Shown: piece after piece, positions 1 through 12,120 of the stretch
How the letters are laid out: each line of letters begins with the position of its first letter
Position numbering within the stretch: the first letter of the stretch is position 1
Assembly (NCBI GenBank): GCA_013239625.1
Contig: MU053504.1
Coordinates: 1,930,607 to 1,994,606, forward strand
DNA from: Lama guanicoe
Taxonomy: Eukaryota
DNA: 64,000 bases
Reading direction: 5' to 3'
Notes under the pieces: generated by a model
The model's input: the letters and a program-made list of their open reading frames with translations, nothing else
What the model was told of the DNA's origin: nothing
The model's database searches: none
Made by a program: the position numbers and the translations under genes

Positions 1-450
1 AGGTAAAAACAAAACAAAACAAAAACAAAAACAACAACAAAAAAAACAAACAAACAAAAAAGGGGGGTTGTCGGTGTTCTCCTGGAGTGTGTGTGCTTTT
101 AATGTGATGTCCTTCTGTCTTCGTCCTGTTTTGGAAGCTCAGCTTGTTTTCATAGGCCCTCCGTTGGCGCCCTCTTCTGTGCTGCTCCCAGCACCTGTCG
201 GCAAGCAGATCGCGCCTCCTCCTAACACGGGGTCAGATGCAGCTCTCCTCTGCTGCGGGCGGGCGGGTCACTGCCCCTCCGGATGCCGCAGTCAGATGTT
301 GCAGACTGGCCAGGCAGGAGGGCGGGTCGTGCCCCCTCCCAGCACCTCGGTCAGGGGTTGTGTTCCTGCCCGACAGGCGGGGGGCCGCTCTCCCCCTGCC
401 TGCGCTACTGGTAGGTTCGCTGCTCTGTGCGGCTGCGCGCTCTGCGCCGG

Positions 451-490
451 CGCTCCGCCCTGGTCGCGCTCCGCCCTGGTCGCGCTCCGC
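451..490 (+). repeat. 16-bp GC-rich tandem repeat (CGCTCCGCCCTGGTCG) x2.5 within the L1 5' UTR
   Basis: Exact copies at 451-466 and 467-482, partial copy at 483-490. Confidence 0.9.
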
Positions 491-668
491 GGGTGGGCTC
501 GGGGAAGACCCAGGGGCAGCCTCGTCCCAGAATTTTGGCGTCTTTATCTTTTGAAGAGGGCGATGTTCTGTTGGAGTTCCGCAGGTGCTCTGGTTGGCTG
601 AGTGGGTCTGTAGATGTGGGCCTTGGTGTATTTGTGGGAGAGGGTGACTTACAAGCGTCCTTCTACTC

Positions 669-678
669 CGCCATCTTG
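669..678 (-). promoter_or_regulatory. YY1 motif (CAAGATGGCG) near the L1 5' terminus
   Basis: + strand cgccatcttg, about 15 nt from the element end, as in other mammalian L1 promoters. Confidence 0.7.
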
Positions 679-1991
679 CCCGGAAGTCCTCCATGTCTTT
701 GTAGTCTTAAATAACCATAAAGAAAATTTTGAAAAGTATAAGGTGGTATGCCAATAAAAGGTGTCAGATGGCTGGGAGGAGTTGGAGTTAAATGTTAGGA
801 TCCTTAAGCTTCTTTATCTTTGCTTCTTGCTTTTTTTTTTCTTTTTATTACTGCAAATTTATGTGGACTATTTGAAAGGGATATGGTTACAAAGGGCTCG
901 TTGGCAGCAGGGTTGGTCTTTGGTTGAATGTCATCCTATTTTGTGCTTATTTTTGCCCCTTGAGAAATTCTGGTATTGGATACACAAGAAAGATTGAGAG
1001 CATATACTCGATAGGGGAAAATGTGTGTGGGCTGCTGGATTGGCTCTCCAGGGAGAGAGGGGGACTATGGTATGAATAAAAGCACAGTAGAGATGAGAAT
1101 GGTCGTGGAGTGTTTGGGGGACAGTGATGGGGACTGGCTTATCAGAGTGAGAGGAAGGATTGATATTCTCAGTAGAATATCAGAATCAGGAGTTTAGACT
1201 TCATTCCACAGTCTGTGCAGAGTCATTGTAAACACTCGACAAGGTGACATTGGTGCTTTAGGAATGTTGTTCTGGCTGTGGGGTGCTTTGTAGACTTTGC
1301 GGGCAGCCCTCAGAAGCTGTGATGATAGCCAAGGGCTTTGTCAGTAAGACTGCTATGAATTGCTTTGGTTTTGGGGTAGAGTGTAGCAGTGGGAATGGAG
1401 ATGAAGAGATGAATCTAAGGAAGCCTTGTATCATAAGTTGGTCATATATTTGATAAAAAATAGGAAGAAGCTAACAGAAGTCATACCAACATTTTGAGCT
1501 CTTTTATCATTTCAGGTGAACTATAGTTGAATGGAAAGAGATATTCCCCCCGTAAGATTAATATAGTATCTCAAATTATTAGTTAAGGATGTGTCTAGAA
1601 ACCTAGAAGAAACAAGGGGTCTACACAGAGCAGAGCTGAATATATTGGCATATTTTTTGGCTCCTGGTTTCTTTGCAGGGTTGAGTTTTGTTGGTTCTGG
1701 AACTCTAAATTTTTTGCTTTTGTACTGCCCTCTTATGTTCTGAATTTTCATTTTTATTTAAAAAAATATAATACAATCTTTATATACTGTTTAAGGGAAT
1801 GCTTTACATAAACAAGTGGACTTTCCTGATTCTTCAACCAAACCAGGCATCCACAGACACCATCTCATCTGAGGGGGCAGAGTCGAGTCAGTGTTCACAT
1901 GTCTTTGAATAAAGGCTCTACCTCCAGTTCTTTAGCTTTTGAAATGCTCTTCTCTCCAGACTATGATGGATACATATAAGAACTTTATCTG

Positions 1992-2118
1992 CTCATAATA
2001 ACCTATAGTGAAAAAGAATCTATATATCTATGTGTATCTGAAACACTTTGCTGCATACCTGAAACTAACATGACATTATAAATGAACGATACTTCAATTT
2101 TTAAAAAATGATTAAAGA
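1992..2118 (+). mobile_element. Short 5'-truncated L1 3' end (cetartiodactyl type)
   Basis: cactttgctgcatacctgaaactaaca...tacttcaat plus A-rich tail; flanked by a degenerate TSD aagaactttatctg / aagaatttatcctg. Confidence 0.7.
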
Positions 2119-2199
2119 AAGAATTTATCCTGGACTTTCCTTACAGTAAAATCTGCTGGTAATAAGAGCTTAAAAAATTTTGTTGTGAAACTTTGCTGG

Positions 2200-3270
2200 A
2201 ATTGATGTTAACTCATTAGGCAGCAATGTTACATGAGCATCTATGATGTTGTAGGTACTGGAGAAAAAGAAGGGAATAAGGTATGTCTTTGAGAAAATGG
2301 TAGTCTACTGGACAATGATTTCTCCATATCAGTATTAGTCAGACCACATGATAATTCTGAACACAGATATGACATCATTCAGCTCAGTACAGAAAACACT
2401 GGGCACAGTTTCCAGAGTTCCAAAGGACATTTAAACTGAGATCTGAAAGGGTTGTTAGGAGTTGAAGTAAGTAAGTGGGGAGGAAGGAGGGAGGGAAGAA
2501 GGGAAGTCATTTTAGATGAAGTCCGGATGTGCTAAGACTTGGGGACTTACAGGCAGGTAAGTTGAGGGAGGACAGTGACATTCAGTGTTGCAGCAGTGTG
2601 GGCTGCTCAGTGTGGGGAGCAGTGGCTTGAGATGGAGCAGGAGAGGTAAGTTGGGCTTGGATTGCCATGGACCTTGTGGTTGGTGCTAGAGCAAGCAAAG
2701 ATTTCCAAGCAGGTTTTGACATAATCAGATTGGCCTTTGAGGAAGATGAAAGATATCTCTGTAGAGAACTGGCCAGATCAGGCAGTTGGACTGAGTTATT
2801 GCAGGAGAACAAACTTGGAGGAGGAGAATCTGATCTAGGGCATTTGCCTAGGAATAGAAGAGGGACAAAATGGGGATAGAAGAGGGACAAAAATGAGAGT
2901 GATTTTGTAGGTTGAATGAATGAGGTGAGGTAAAGGAAGAGTTGAGGAATTTTGAAAAATAGGGTGGATGATGAAAAAATGGTGGAAAAAAAAGTAAAAA
3001 GAAGTGGATATAATTAATTACTTTTTTTTTACATTTCCATAGATATATTTTTATTGAAATATAGTCAGTTTACAATGTTGTGTCAATAATGACTTACATT
3101 TTTGATATAGGGAACACTGGTCTGAAACATGGGTCTAGCTTTGTGCTGGAAATACAGATTGGGCAATTGTCAGCATAGAGATGATCGATGAAGCCATAAA
3201 TGCATATGGGATTATCTTTAGGGGGATAGAACTGGGTCCAGGTCCACGACAACTCCAAGGACAGTGTTCA
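2200..3270. mobile_element. Old L2-like fragments, with a ~65-nt antisense L1 tail inserted at ~3022-3086
   Basis: Degenerate L2 motifs (tgagcatctatgatgttgtaggtactgg; aaactgagatctgaaagg; gtcagcatagagatg); tttattgaaatatagtcagtttacaatgttgtgtcaat tail. Confidence 0.5.
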
Positions 3271-3679
3271 GGATTTGAGCAAAGGAAGTGTCCCTTTTAT
3301 TGAGTCTTTGAAGGTAGATGATTTATTATTTTTTACAAATGTGAGGGACCCATATTACTTTGTGGCAGTTTTAATTATCATTATAGATGGGTAGAGTAGG
3401 ATATCCTAAACATTAAAGCATAAGCACTCATTTATAATAGTTGTAGATTTATTACTTTTTAAATAATTAGGACAGATGCTTAATCTGTTACATTTTAGGG
3501 CTATTATACATTTTCATGATGAACTTTTTTCATTGTATTTTGAATTTAATTAAGAGTTTAAATTTTTAGATCAAAATTCTCTAAAGATAAAACTTAAGAA
3601 TATAGAAATACTTTTAGTATTGGTACCAAAAATTCAGCCACTTTAACATCTAGAAATTCCAAGATTGTATATGGAAGAT

Positions 3680-3842
3680 TTGTTCTTAATTTTCAGTGTG
3701 TATTAGATTCATTTGTGGAGCTTTTAACACCAAAGCAATGCTGGATTCCACCTGACAGTGGTTTGTGTTGGGGCCATATTATTTGTTAGTGTTTTTTAAA
3801 GCTCTGTGGGTGATTTTGATGTATATGCCAGTTGAGAACCCT
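3680..3842. mobile_element. MER5-like hAT-Charlie MITE remnant
   Basis: aaagctctgtgggtgattttgatgta...gttgagaaccc resembles the MER5 terminus. Confidence 0.5.
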
Positions 3843-4059
3843 ATATCAAGGGTTTGGGCAGGGGCTTTGTTAGTGTATTTTGTTTCTTGATTATATAGTT
3901 AATGTCTTTGCTTAATACTGTGACAGCAAAGGCCAGAATACCAGCAAGTTAGCTGGTCTGTCCACCTCAGTGAGACCACTTGTGTTTTTATGTGAACTTA
4001 AATTATGAAGCACAATTCCAGTTTACCCTGGGCTTAGATTGTTAGAGTACTAGTTAAAT

Positions 4060-7000
4060 AAAATATGTTATATCCACACAATGGGGTACTGTAAATGGAG
4101 TAGCTATAGAAAGGAATGAGGATAATCTCTATATCAGCTATATGGTCCTCTCAAGAATATATTGTTAAATGGAAAAAGCAAGTAGCAAAACAATGGTATT
4201 GTATGCTACTATTTTTCAAAGGAAGGGGCTCTATAAATATATACACCTTTTTGTTGTGTATATACATAGACCAAACAAAGGAATGATAAACCAAAAACTA
4301 ATAAAAGTGATTACTCTAAGGAGAGGAGGGAAGGAGTAGGGTGGAAGAAACAGGTGTAAAACCTAGACTTCTGAATGTACTTTATGGACTGGGTTTTAGA
4401 ATCATGCAAATGCTTTACCATATTATAAAACAAAAATAAAGTAAAATGAGAAAAAAGGCAATTCCAAAAAATTAAATGCAGAATGTAATGGGAACCTAAA
4501 TGTATATCAAGTTTGAGGCTGAAGCACATGGAGAATATTCAGGTGACTTTGAAACATAGTAACATGGATGTTTCTAGTGGGATATACTCCCAAGGACAAA
4601 GAGCTGCAAAGATGCCATAAACTGTTTTTAGTAATCTGAATTAGTAGTGATATTGGTATTATTATTCTGGAAGTGTGTATCATAAAATAAAGTAAGAAAA
4701 TACTTATAAGTATTGAATTGAGGCCCTAAATTTTTTAATAGAAAAGAGATAAAATCAGAGAAGTTGAGTGAAAATGCTAGGATCCTAAATTTGAGTTGGA
4801 AATGCCAGTATGAACTCATGATATGTTTTTTACTTTTTAAAAATCTATTTCCTACTTCTCTCTACTGAAAAAGCCCAGAAACTAAGCTAGGTAGCATTAA
4901 GCTCTTCTGGTGTTAGACTCTGTTCTCTAAATAATAATTCTCACTAAAAAGGAACCTAGGGGACTTTGGAAAAATGGCTTATTTCAGGTTGGAACCAGGA
5001 AATCTATAATATGAGCCTGAACATACTTTAATATCACATAACAAGCTACTGGGGCAATTTTTGTTTCTATCAATGGTAGAATAGCTTTTTCTAAGCCAAC
5101 ACTCCAACTGAGAACAGCAAGGCAAGACAACAAGGACTTGAGAACCAGAATTTTGGAGAAAAGGCCATCACAGAGGGAGAGGCCAACTTTGATGTAGCTT
5201 TTTCTGTGGAGTGATTGGCTGATTTGAAACATGTAGCTAAAAGGTTGAGCAGAAGTGGTGGCAGGGAGGCTGATGTTCTAAGCAGAGTTTTTGGTAGTCA
5301 TGCAGAGTTGGAGTTCAGAGCTTGCAAAGAAAAAAGGGCAGTGGAAAAGAACCCAGACTTTTAGTTGGGAACCCTGAAGAATAGGCTGCACCTTATGCTT
5401 AAGGGTGAACTCAAAATAGATCAGCTCTAACAAAAAGCTGGAGCCTGGCTTTCAAATCACCTCAGTCCTTGATTGGATTAAGATCTGTTCCTAGCTTTAT
5501 TGCTTGCTGGAAGCAAATATAAATCTTCTCTAGAGGAAGATACCACCATCAACCATCAATTCAGATTATCTATATAGTTTTTACATACTTAGTGATAATA
5601 CATGATGTGTATTTAGTAACTATATATAGTGTACATTTTTAACATGATAAATATTTATAAAACAGTCTGGCATTCAATAAAAAACCCAGAAATATGAAAT
5701 GTAAGAACTGACTGAAAATCAAGAGCGAAAACAGATAATTGAAAAGACTCATAGGAAGACTTCAAGTACAGATGAAATGCTATATACCCATTTTCCCCAG
5801 CTAAGTTCAACTATGAGTCCTGGAACCAATGCAGAAGATAACCAACGGAGAACTCCGAATGGTTCTGGGAAGGTGAGCTGGTTTGGGACCATAGGACTGA
5901 AAGAACAGCATAGCCGTAGGGCATCTTGCATCCCCCCTACAGGAGAAGGCCACCTAGATCTCGTGTTTCCTGACTCCCTCTGACTTAGCAACAGAACACA
6001 GTCCAGGTAGGCTCAAGTCTCCTCTGAATCTACCGAGAGTCCTTCTGAGAACATCATGCAAGTTTGATAGCATTGGCAAGGGGGATCAATTAGGAACCTC
6101 CGCTGAGTATAAGTGCCGAGAAGAAGCATACTCCTTCCCCACCTCTCTTGAGACTGTCCTTTTCCACTGAGCGATATCACTGCAGGTGGGCAGAACAGAC
6201 AGGAGAGACTCAGCTCCAGCAAGTATTCTAGTCTGAGAAACATCTTTGTTATTGAGGGCTTGAGACTCTCCTCCCCAACCCAAAGACGCCAAGGTAGGCA
6301 CTACTGGCAGAAAGGACATAGGTACAAGTGGCCTAGACCAGGAAAGCCTCTTTTGGCTATATGGGCCTGAGCTGCTTCTCCCCTACCCAGAAGACACAGG
6401 GACAGTTGGGTGGAACTGGCAAGAGGGATCCAGCTATAGTAAGAGGCATAATCTGGGAAGCCTCTTTGTCTCTGTGAATTCAAGACTTAACATTTTCCAC
6501 TCAGAGACACTGGAAAACAGAGAGGCAACCTAGGGCCATCACAGCTTCTCCCCACCAAGAGACACCTGACATCTGGCTTGGAGAAACTCCTTTTGACCCC
6601 TCAGGCAGCAGGACCAGTGGGAGCCTAGTGGCATCAGGTTAACAAAGCAGGCCAAGTAAGACGACGAAGGCTGTGAAAATGAATCTGCCATTAGAACAGT
6701 AGCCCAGAACAGTAGATCAGGATCCGCATGCTAAAACAAAACAAGGTGATAACCTGCTCAAATGAAAGATGTAATAATACTCTTATGTACCCTATGTTAG
6801 TGATGCCTAGCATAATAGACAAAATTTTCAAGATACCATAGAAAGTCACTCGTCATACCAATGATAAAGGAAACTGCAACTTGAATCAGAAAAAACAGCA
6901 GTCACCAACACAAGATGAATCAGATGTTAGATTTTCTGATAAGGATTTTAAACTAGCTGTTATAAAAATGCTTCAAAATCAGTTAAAATCACCTTGAAAC

Positions 7001-9490
7001 AAATAAAAAACAAATATCAGCAACGAACCAAATAAAATTAATTAGAACCAAATTTAAGATGAAATTAAAAAGAACCAAATGTCAATTTTAGAATTGAAAA
7101 ACACAGTAACAACAATAAGAAACTTGCTGGATGGGTTCAACTCGTAGAGTAGCAGTAACAGAGGACAGAATCAGGACACCTGAGAACAAGACAGTAGAAT
7201 TTGCCCAGTCTACACAAAGAGGAAACAGACTAGAAAAAGTGATCTATGGGGCAAAAGATCTAACATTCATATAATTGAAGTTCCAGAAGGAAAGGAGGAA
7301 AAGAATGGGGCTGAAAGAGTATTTGAAAGAAATATGGCTGAAAACTGAACATATTTGACAAAAGAACCAAATCTACAGACCCAAGAAACTGTGCAATTCC
7401 ATACAGGATAAACCCAAAGAAATCTGCACAAACATGCATCATAATTAAACTCTCGAAATCTAAAGGCATGGGAAACAGGGTTAATATACAGAAGTCAACT
7501 GCTTTCCTGTGTATCAGCGATGAAGAAGAGGAATTTGGAATTAGAAACAGCCATTTACATTAGCACTTCCAAAAGTGAAATTCTTAGGTATAAGTCTAGC
7601 AAAATATGTTTAAGAGCTGTATGAGGAAACTTATAAAACTCTGATGAATAAAATCAGAGGAGAACTAAATGAATGGAAGGATGTTGCCTGTTCATGGTTG
7701 GGAAGACTCAATGTTGTCAAGATATCAGTTCTTCCCAACTTGGTCTATAAATTCATTGTAATCCCATTCACAGTCTTAGCAAATTATTTTGGTGGATATT
7801 GACAAACTGATTCTAAAGTTTACATGGAGAGGCAACTATATGCAAAGGAATCAAACTGGCCTACTCTTATCATTCCATGCCCAAAAGTAAATTCAAACTG
7901 GAGTGAAGACTTAAATGTAAGACATGAAACCATGAAACTTCTAGACTAAAACATAGGCAGTGTGTTATTTGACATTGGTCTTAGTCATTTTTGGGGGGTA
8001 TGTCTCCCTAGGCAAGGAAAACAAAAGCAGAAATAAACAAATGGGATTACATCAAACTAAAAAGCTTTTGCACAGTGAAGGAAACTCAACAAAACGGTCA
8101 CCTACTGAATGAGAGAAAGTATTTGCAAATGATATTTTCGATATGAGCTTAAAATCCAAAATATACAAAGAACTCATATGACGCAATATGAAAAGAACAA
8201 CAGCAACAACAAAAACCTGATTAAAAAATGGGCAGAGGATCTGAATAGGCATTTTTCCAAAGAAAACTTACAAATGGCAAACAAGCAATGAAAAGATGCT
8301 TGACATCACTAATTATTAGGAAAATGCAAATCAAAATCACAATATGAAATCACCTGACACCCATCAGAATGGCTCTTTTCAAAAAGGCAACAAATAACAA
8401 GTATTGGCAAGGATGTGGAGAAAAGGAAACCCTAATGCACTGTTGCTGGTAAATTGGTGCAGCCACTGTGGAAAACAGTATGAAGGTTCCTCACAAAATT
8501 AAAAATAGAACTACTCTGTGATCCAGCAGTTCCACTCCTGGGTATTTATTCAAAGAAAATGAAAATACCAATTAGAAAAAAATGTGTACACTCCTGTGTT
8601 TATTGTAGCATTATTCACAATAGCCAAGATATGGAGTGCCCATCAATAGATGAATGGATAAAGATGTGGTATATGTATACAATGGAATATTACTCAGCCA
8701 TAAGAAGAATGAAATCTTGCCATTTGTGACAACATGGATAGATATTCAGGGTATTATACTAAGTAAAATAAGAGAAAGACAAATACTGTATGATTTTACT
8801 TACATGTGAAATCTAAAAAACAAAACAAGTGAACAAACACAGTAAAACAGAAACAGTTGTAGATACAGAGAACAAACATGGTTGCCAGAGTGGAGGAAGG
8901 TAGGGGGAGGAGAGGAATAGGTGAAGGAGATTAAGAGGTGCAGACTTACAGTTGCGAAATAAATGAGTCACAGGTATGAAATGTACAGTGTGGGGAATAT
9001 AGTCATTAATATGAAATATCTTTGTATGATGACATAGGGTAGCTAATTGTGATCCGAAGTACCATGTTGTGTAACAGGTCAATTATATTTCAAAAACAAA
9101 CACACAGAAAAAGAGATAAGATTTGTGATTAGCAGAGGCGGGGGGGATGGAGGGAGGGGGAACTAAATGAAGGTAGTCAAAAGGTACAAACTTCTAGTTA
9201 CAAGGTCAAGAAGTTCTAGGGATATACAACAGGATAAGTATAATTAACACTGCTGTATTTTATATATGAAAGTTGTTAAGAGGGCAAATCCTAAGTTCTC
9301 ATCACAAGGAAGAAAATATTTTTCTATTTCTTTAATTTTGTGTCTGTGTGAGATGATGGATGTTTACTAAATTTATTGTGATTTCATGAAGTATGTAAGT
9401 CAAATCATTATGTATGCTGTACACCTTAAACTTATACAGTGCAGTATGTCAATTATATCTCAATAAAACTGAAAGAAAACAAAAGATTAA
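4060..9490 (+). mobile_element. Cluster of nested, degenerate sense-strand L1 fragments (5'/ORF1 remnants ~5750-7470; ORF2 end and 3' UTRs ~7480-9490)
   Basis: L1 ORF2 motifs (aaatgggattacatcaaactaaaaagcttttgcacag; gaaaatgcaaatcaaaatcac; caatggaatattactcagccataa) and 3' end caattatatctcaataaaactg; many stops and frameshifts. Confidence 0.85.
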
Positions 9491-10384
9491 ATGAGAAAAA
9501 AAAGAGGGAGTCATCACATACTTCAAATGCTGCAGGAAAGTGAAGTAAGAAGTTTACTCTTATGTACCTTAAAAAAAGAATTCCAAAGGAGGAGTGAGGA
9601 TTAGACCCCACTGGAATGGGTTAAGAAATCAGGAGGTGAAAGTATTGTCAGTGAGAGTAGATAATTCTCAAGAAGAGTTTTGATGCAGAGGTAAGAAAGT
9701 AAGCAGTAGCCTGTGAACATGAGAAATAAGTTTGTTTTTTAAGAAGGGAATCCAACAGCTTGTGTTATGCTTATCCAGTAGATAGAAAAAATGTGGGGTG
9801 GGGTTTAGAATTAGATTTCTTCTGGTGATGCCCTTAACTGAGTAAAGTTTAAAGATTATGGGCCCAGGTAGAGGGTGTGACCCTATTCATTGTATCTTGG
9901 GGGAAAGCAAAATACCTGCATTTAGTAATGGGAAGAAAATACAGTTCTCTTCTGATCTATTTCTTCTTTGTGCAGCTATTCACTTTGTGTCATTGGGATG
10001 CCAGTCACACTTCTAGGGACTGGAAATAATGAACAGAACAGACAACAATTCTTGTTGTCATGACATTTACATTCCACTGGGGGTGAACAGACATGAAACA
10101 AGTGAGATATCCATTGATCATCGGCTAAAATTGAAGAGAGGGAAGAGAGTTTGGAAAGTTTTAAGATAATAAGGTGTAACAGTGAATTGACCAGGGAAAT
10201 GAAATGATTGATTGTCCTGCAATGCTGGGAACCTACTTGAGATTTGTGTTTACAAATGTGAAGTGACTCCAGTCAGCACAGTGTTGTGTCTCTAGCCTTA
10301 TTTAGCTGCTTGGTTTCATATACAAAGTAAGTAGAGAGTTGGGTTCAGTCAGGTTTAGGGTTTGCTATGTGTATAAATGCAGCC

Positions 10385-10544
10385 TATTAAGATGCCATTG
10401 AGTGTAAAATGTACCCTTATCTCGTGTATTACTAAGAAATTAAAAACACTGTCTTAAACTGTGACATGCCATTGATTTTACAGTGCATCCTGATTTCTGA
10501 GCTGTTAGGAAAAAAATGTTTATCTTGGAGTTGGTGAAATAAGT
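10385..10544. mobile_element. MER104/Kanga-like (TcMar-Tc2) DNA transposon remnant
   Basis: gccattgattttacagtgcatcctgatttctgag...tatcttggagttggtgaaataagta resembles the recalled consensus end. Confidence 0.5.
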
Positions 10545-10959
10545 AGTTGGGATGCTTTTTGTTGGAAAGAACAGAAAAATCCAAAGTCGGATGGACTTTA
10601 ACAAGAAGGAGAAAAAACACGGCAGCCTGAATGAAGCTTTCTTCCCTGGCTCTCCTAACTGCAAATACTCTGCTCTTGAGCCAGCTTGCTATGGAAACCT
10701 ATAGGAAACTATATGATGTAGATTCTATTAAGATTCTTCTAGACACAGAGAGCTGATGTGTAGCTGGGCCGGTGTAGCAAGGCGCAAGGACCATGAAGCT
10801 GCAGGTCTGAAAAGCACGATGTTACACCCATGGAGTGCAGCAGGTCTTCCTGACTCCCGCAGGCCCAGTATATTGCTGAAGAGATTTGTTCTGGAGGCTG
10901 TGGGAGTGCTGGTGACCTGAGAGCAGGGAAGATTTATACCTTGATGATGGAAGCGTAAG

Positions 10960-11510
10960 AAACATTTGGCAGTTTCTTGAAATTTAGATGTATATGTATA
11001 CTTTGATCCAGTGATTCCTTTCTTATGTATTTATCCAAGAGAAATGTTTGCACAGGTCCACACAAAAGCTTGTCCATGAGTGTTCTTGGCAGTTTTGTTC
11101 ATAAGAGCCTATAACTATATAATCCCAAGTGTCTATCAATAGGACAGTGGATAAACAGTTTGTGGTACACAGTAGAATACTCCTCAGCAATAGGAAAAAA
11201 CAAACTACTGACACACACAATACTCAGAAACATGCTGATCAAAAGAAGTGAGATGGAAGTGTCTCTGTGTGATTTCATTAAATCGGGTTCTATAAAACTG
11301 GTCTACAGTGATAGTAACAAGATCAGTGTTGAGAGAGATTACCTGCAAAGAGGTCTAAGGGAACTTTGTAGGGTGACAGAACTGTTTTATGTCTTGTTTG
11401 GGGGGGTTGTGCATTTGTATACATTTATCAAAGCTTATCAAATCGTACATTTATTTAGGTTATATTTTATTGTGTGTAAATTACTCCTCATTAAGGTTGA
11501 TTTAAAAATT
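10960..11510 (+). mobile_element. Old L1M 3' end fragment
   Basis: tatttatccaagagaaatg...caatagg acagtggataaacag...gtaaattactcctcattaaggttgatttaaaaa. Confidence 0.7.
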
Positions 11511-11611
11511 TGATTGGAAGGAATCAAGTCAGTATAGCAGTCATTATACTAAATGTGAATAGACTATTGTGTCAGGAAAACTGTCAGACTAGGTTAAGAA
11601 AGAAAACCTAG

Positions 11612-12120
<509 letters not shown>

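Larger units (their letters stand above)
1..692 (-). mobile_element. 5' UTR / internal promoter of a young LINE-1 antisense to ATRN; the element continues upstream of the window
   Basis: Minus strand begins GGAGGACTTCCGGGCAAGATGGCGGAGTAG, a typical L1 5' end with a YY1 motif. CpG-rich 170-690, T-rich tract (minus strand) at 1-61, abrupt end against a TT/AAGA endonuclease-type site at 705-710. Confidence 0.8.

Noticed and set aside
68..714. CpG island with long overlapping ORFs (68-601 +, 233-694 -, 427-714 +) as ATRN exon 1/promoter or a novel gene
   Set aside because: No attractin N-terminal or signal-peptide sequence. The ends and YY1 motif identify an L1 5' UTR, and long ORFs are expected in GC-rich DNA.
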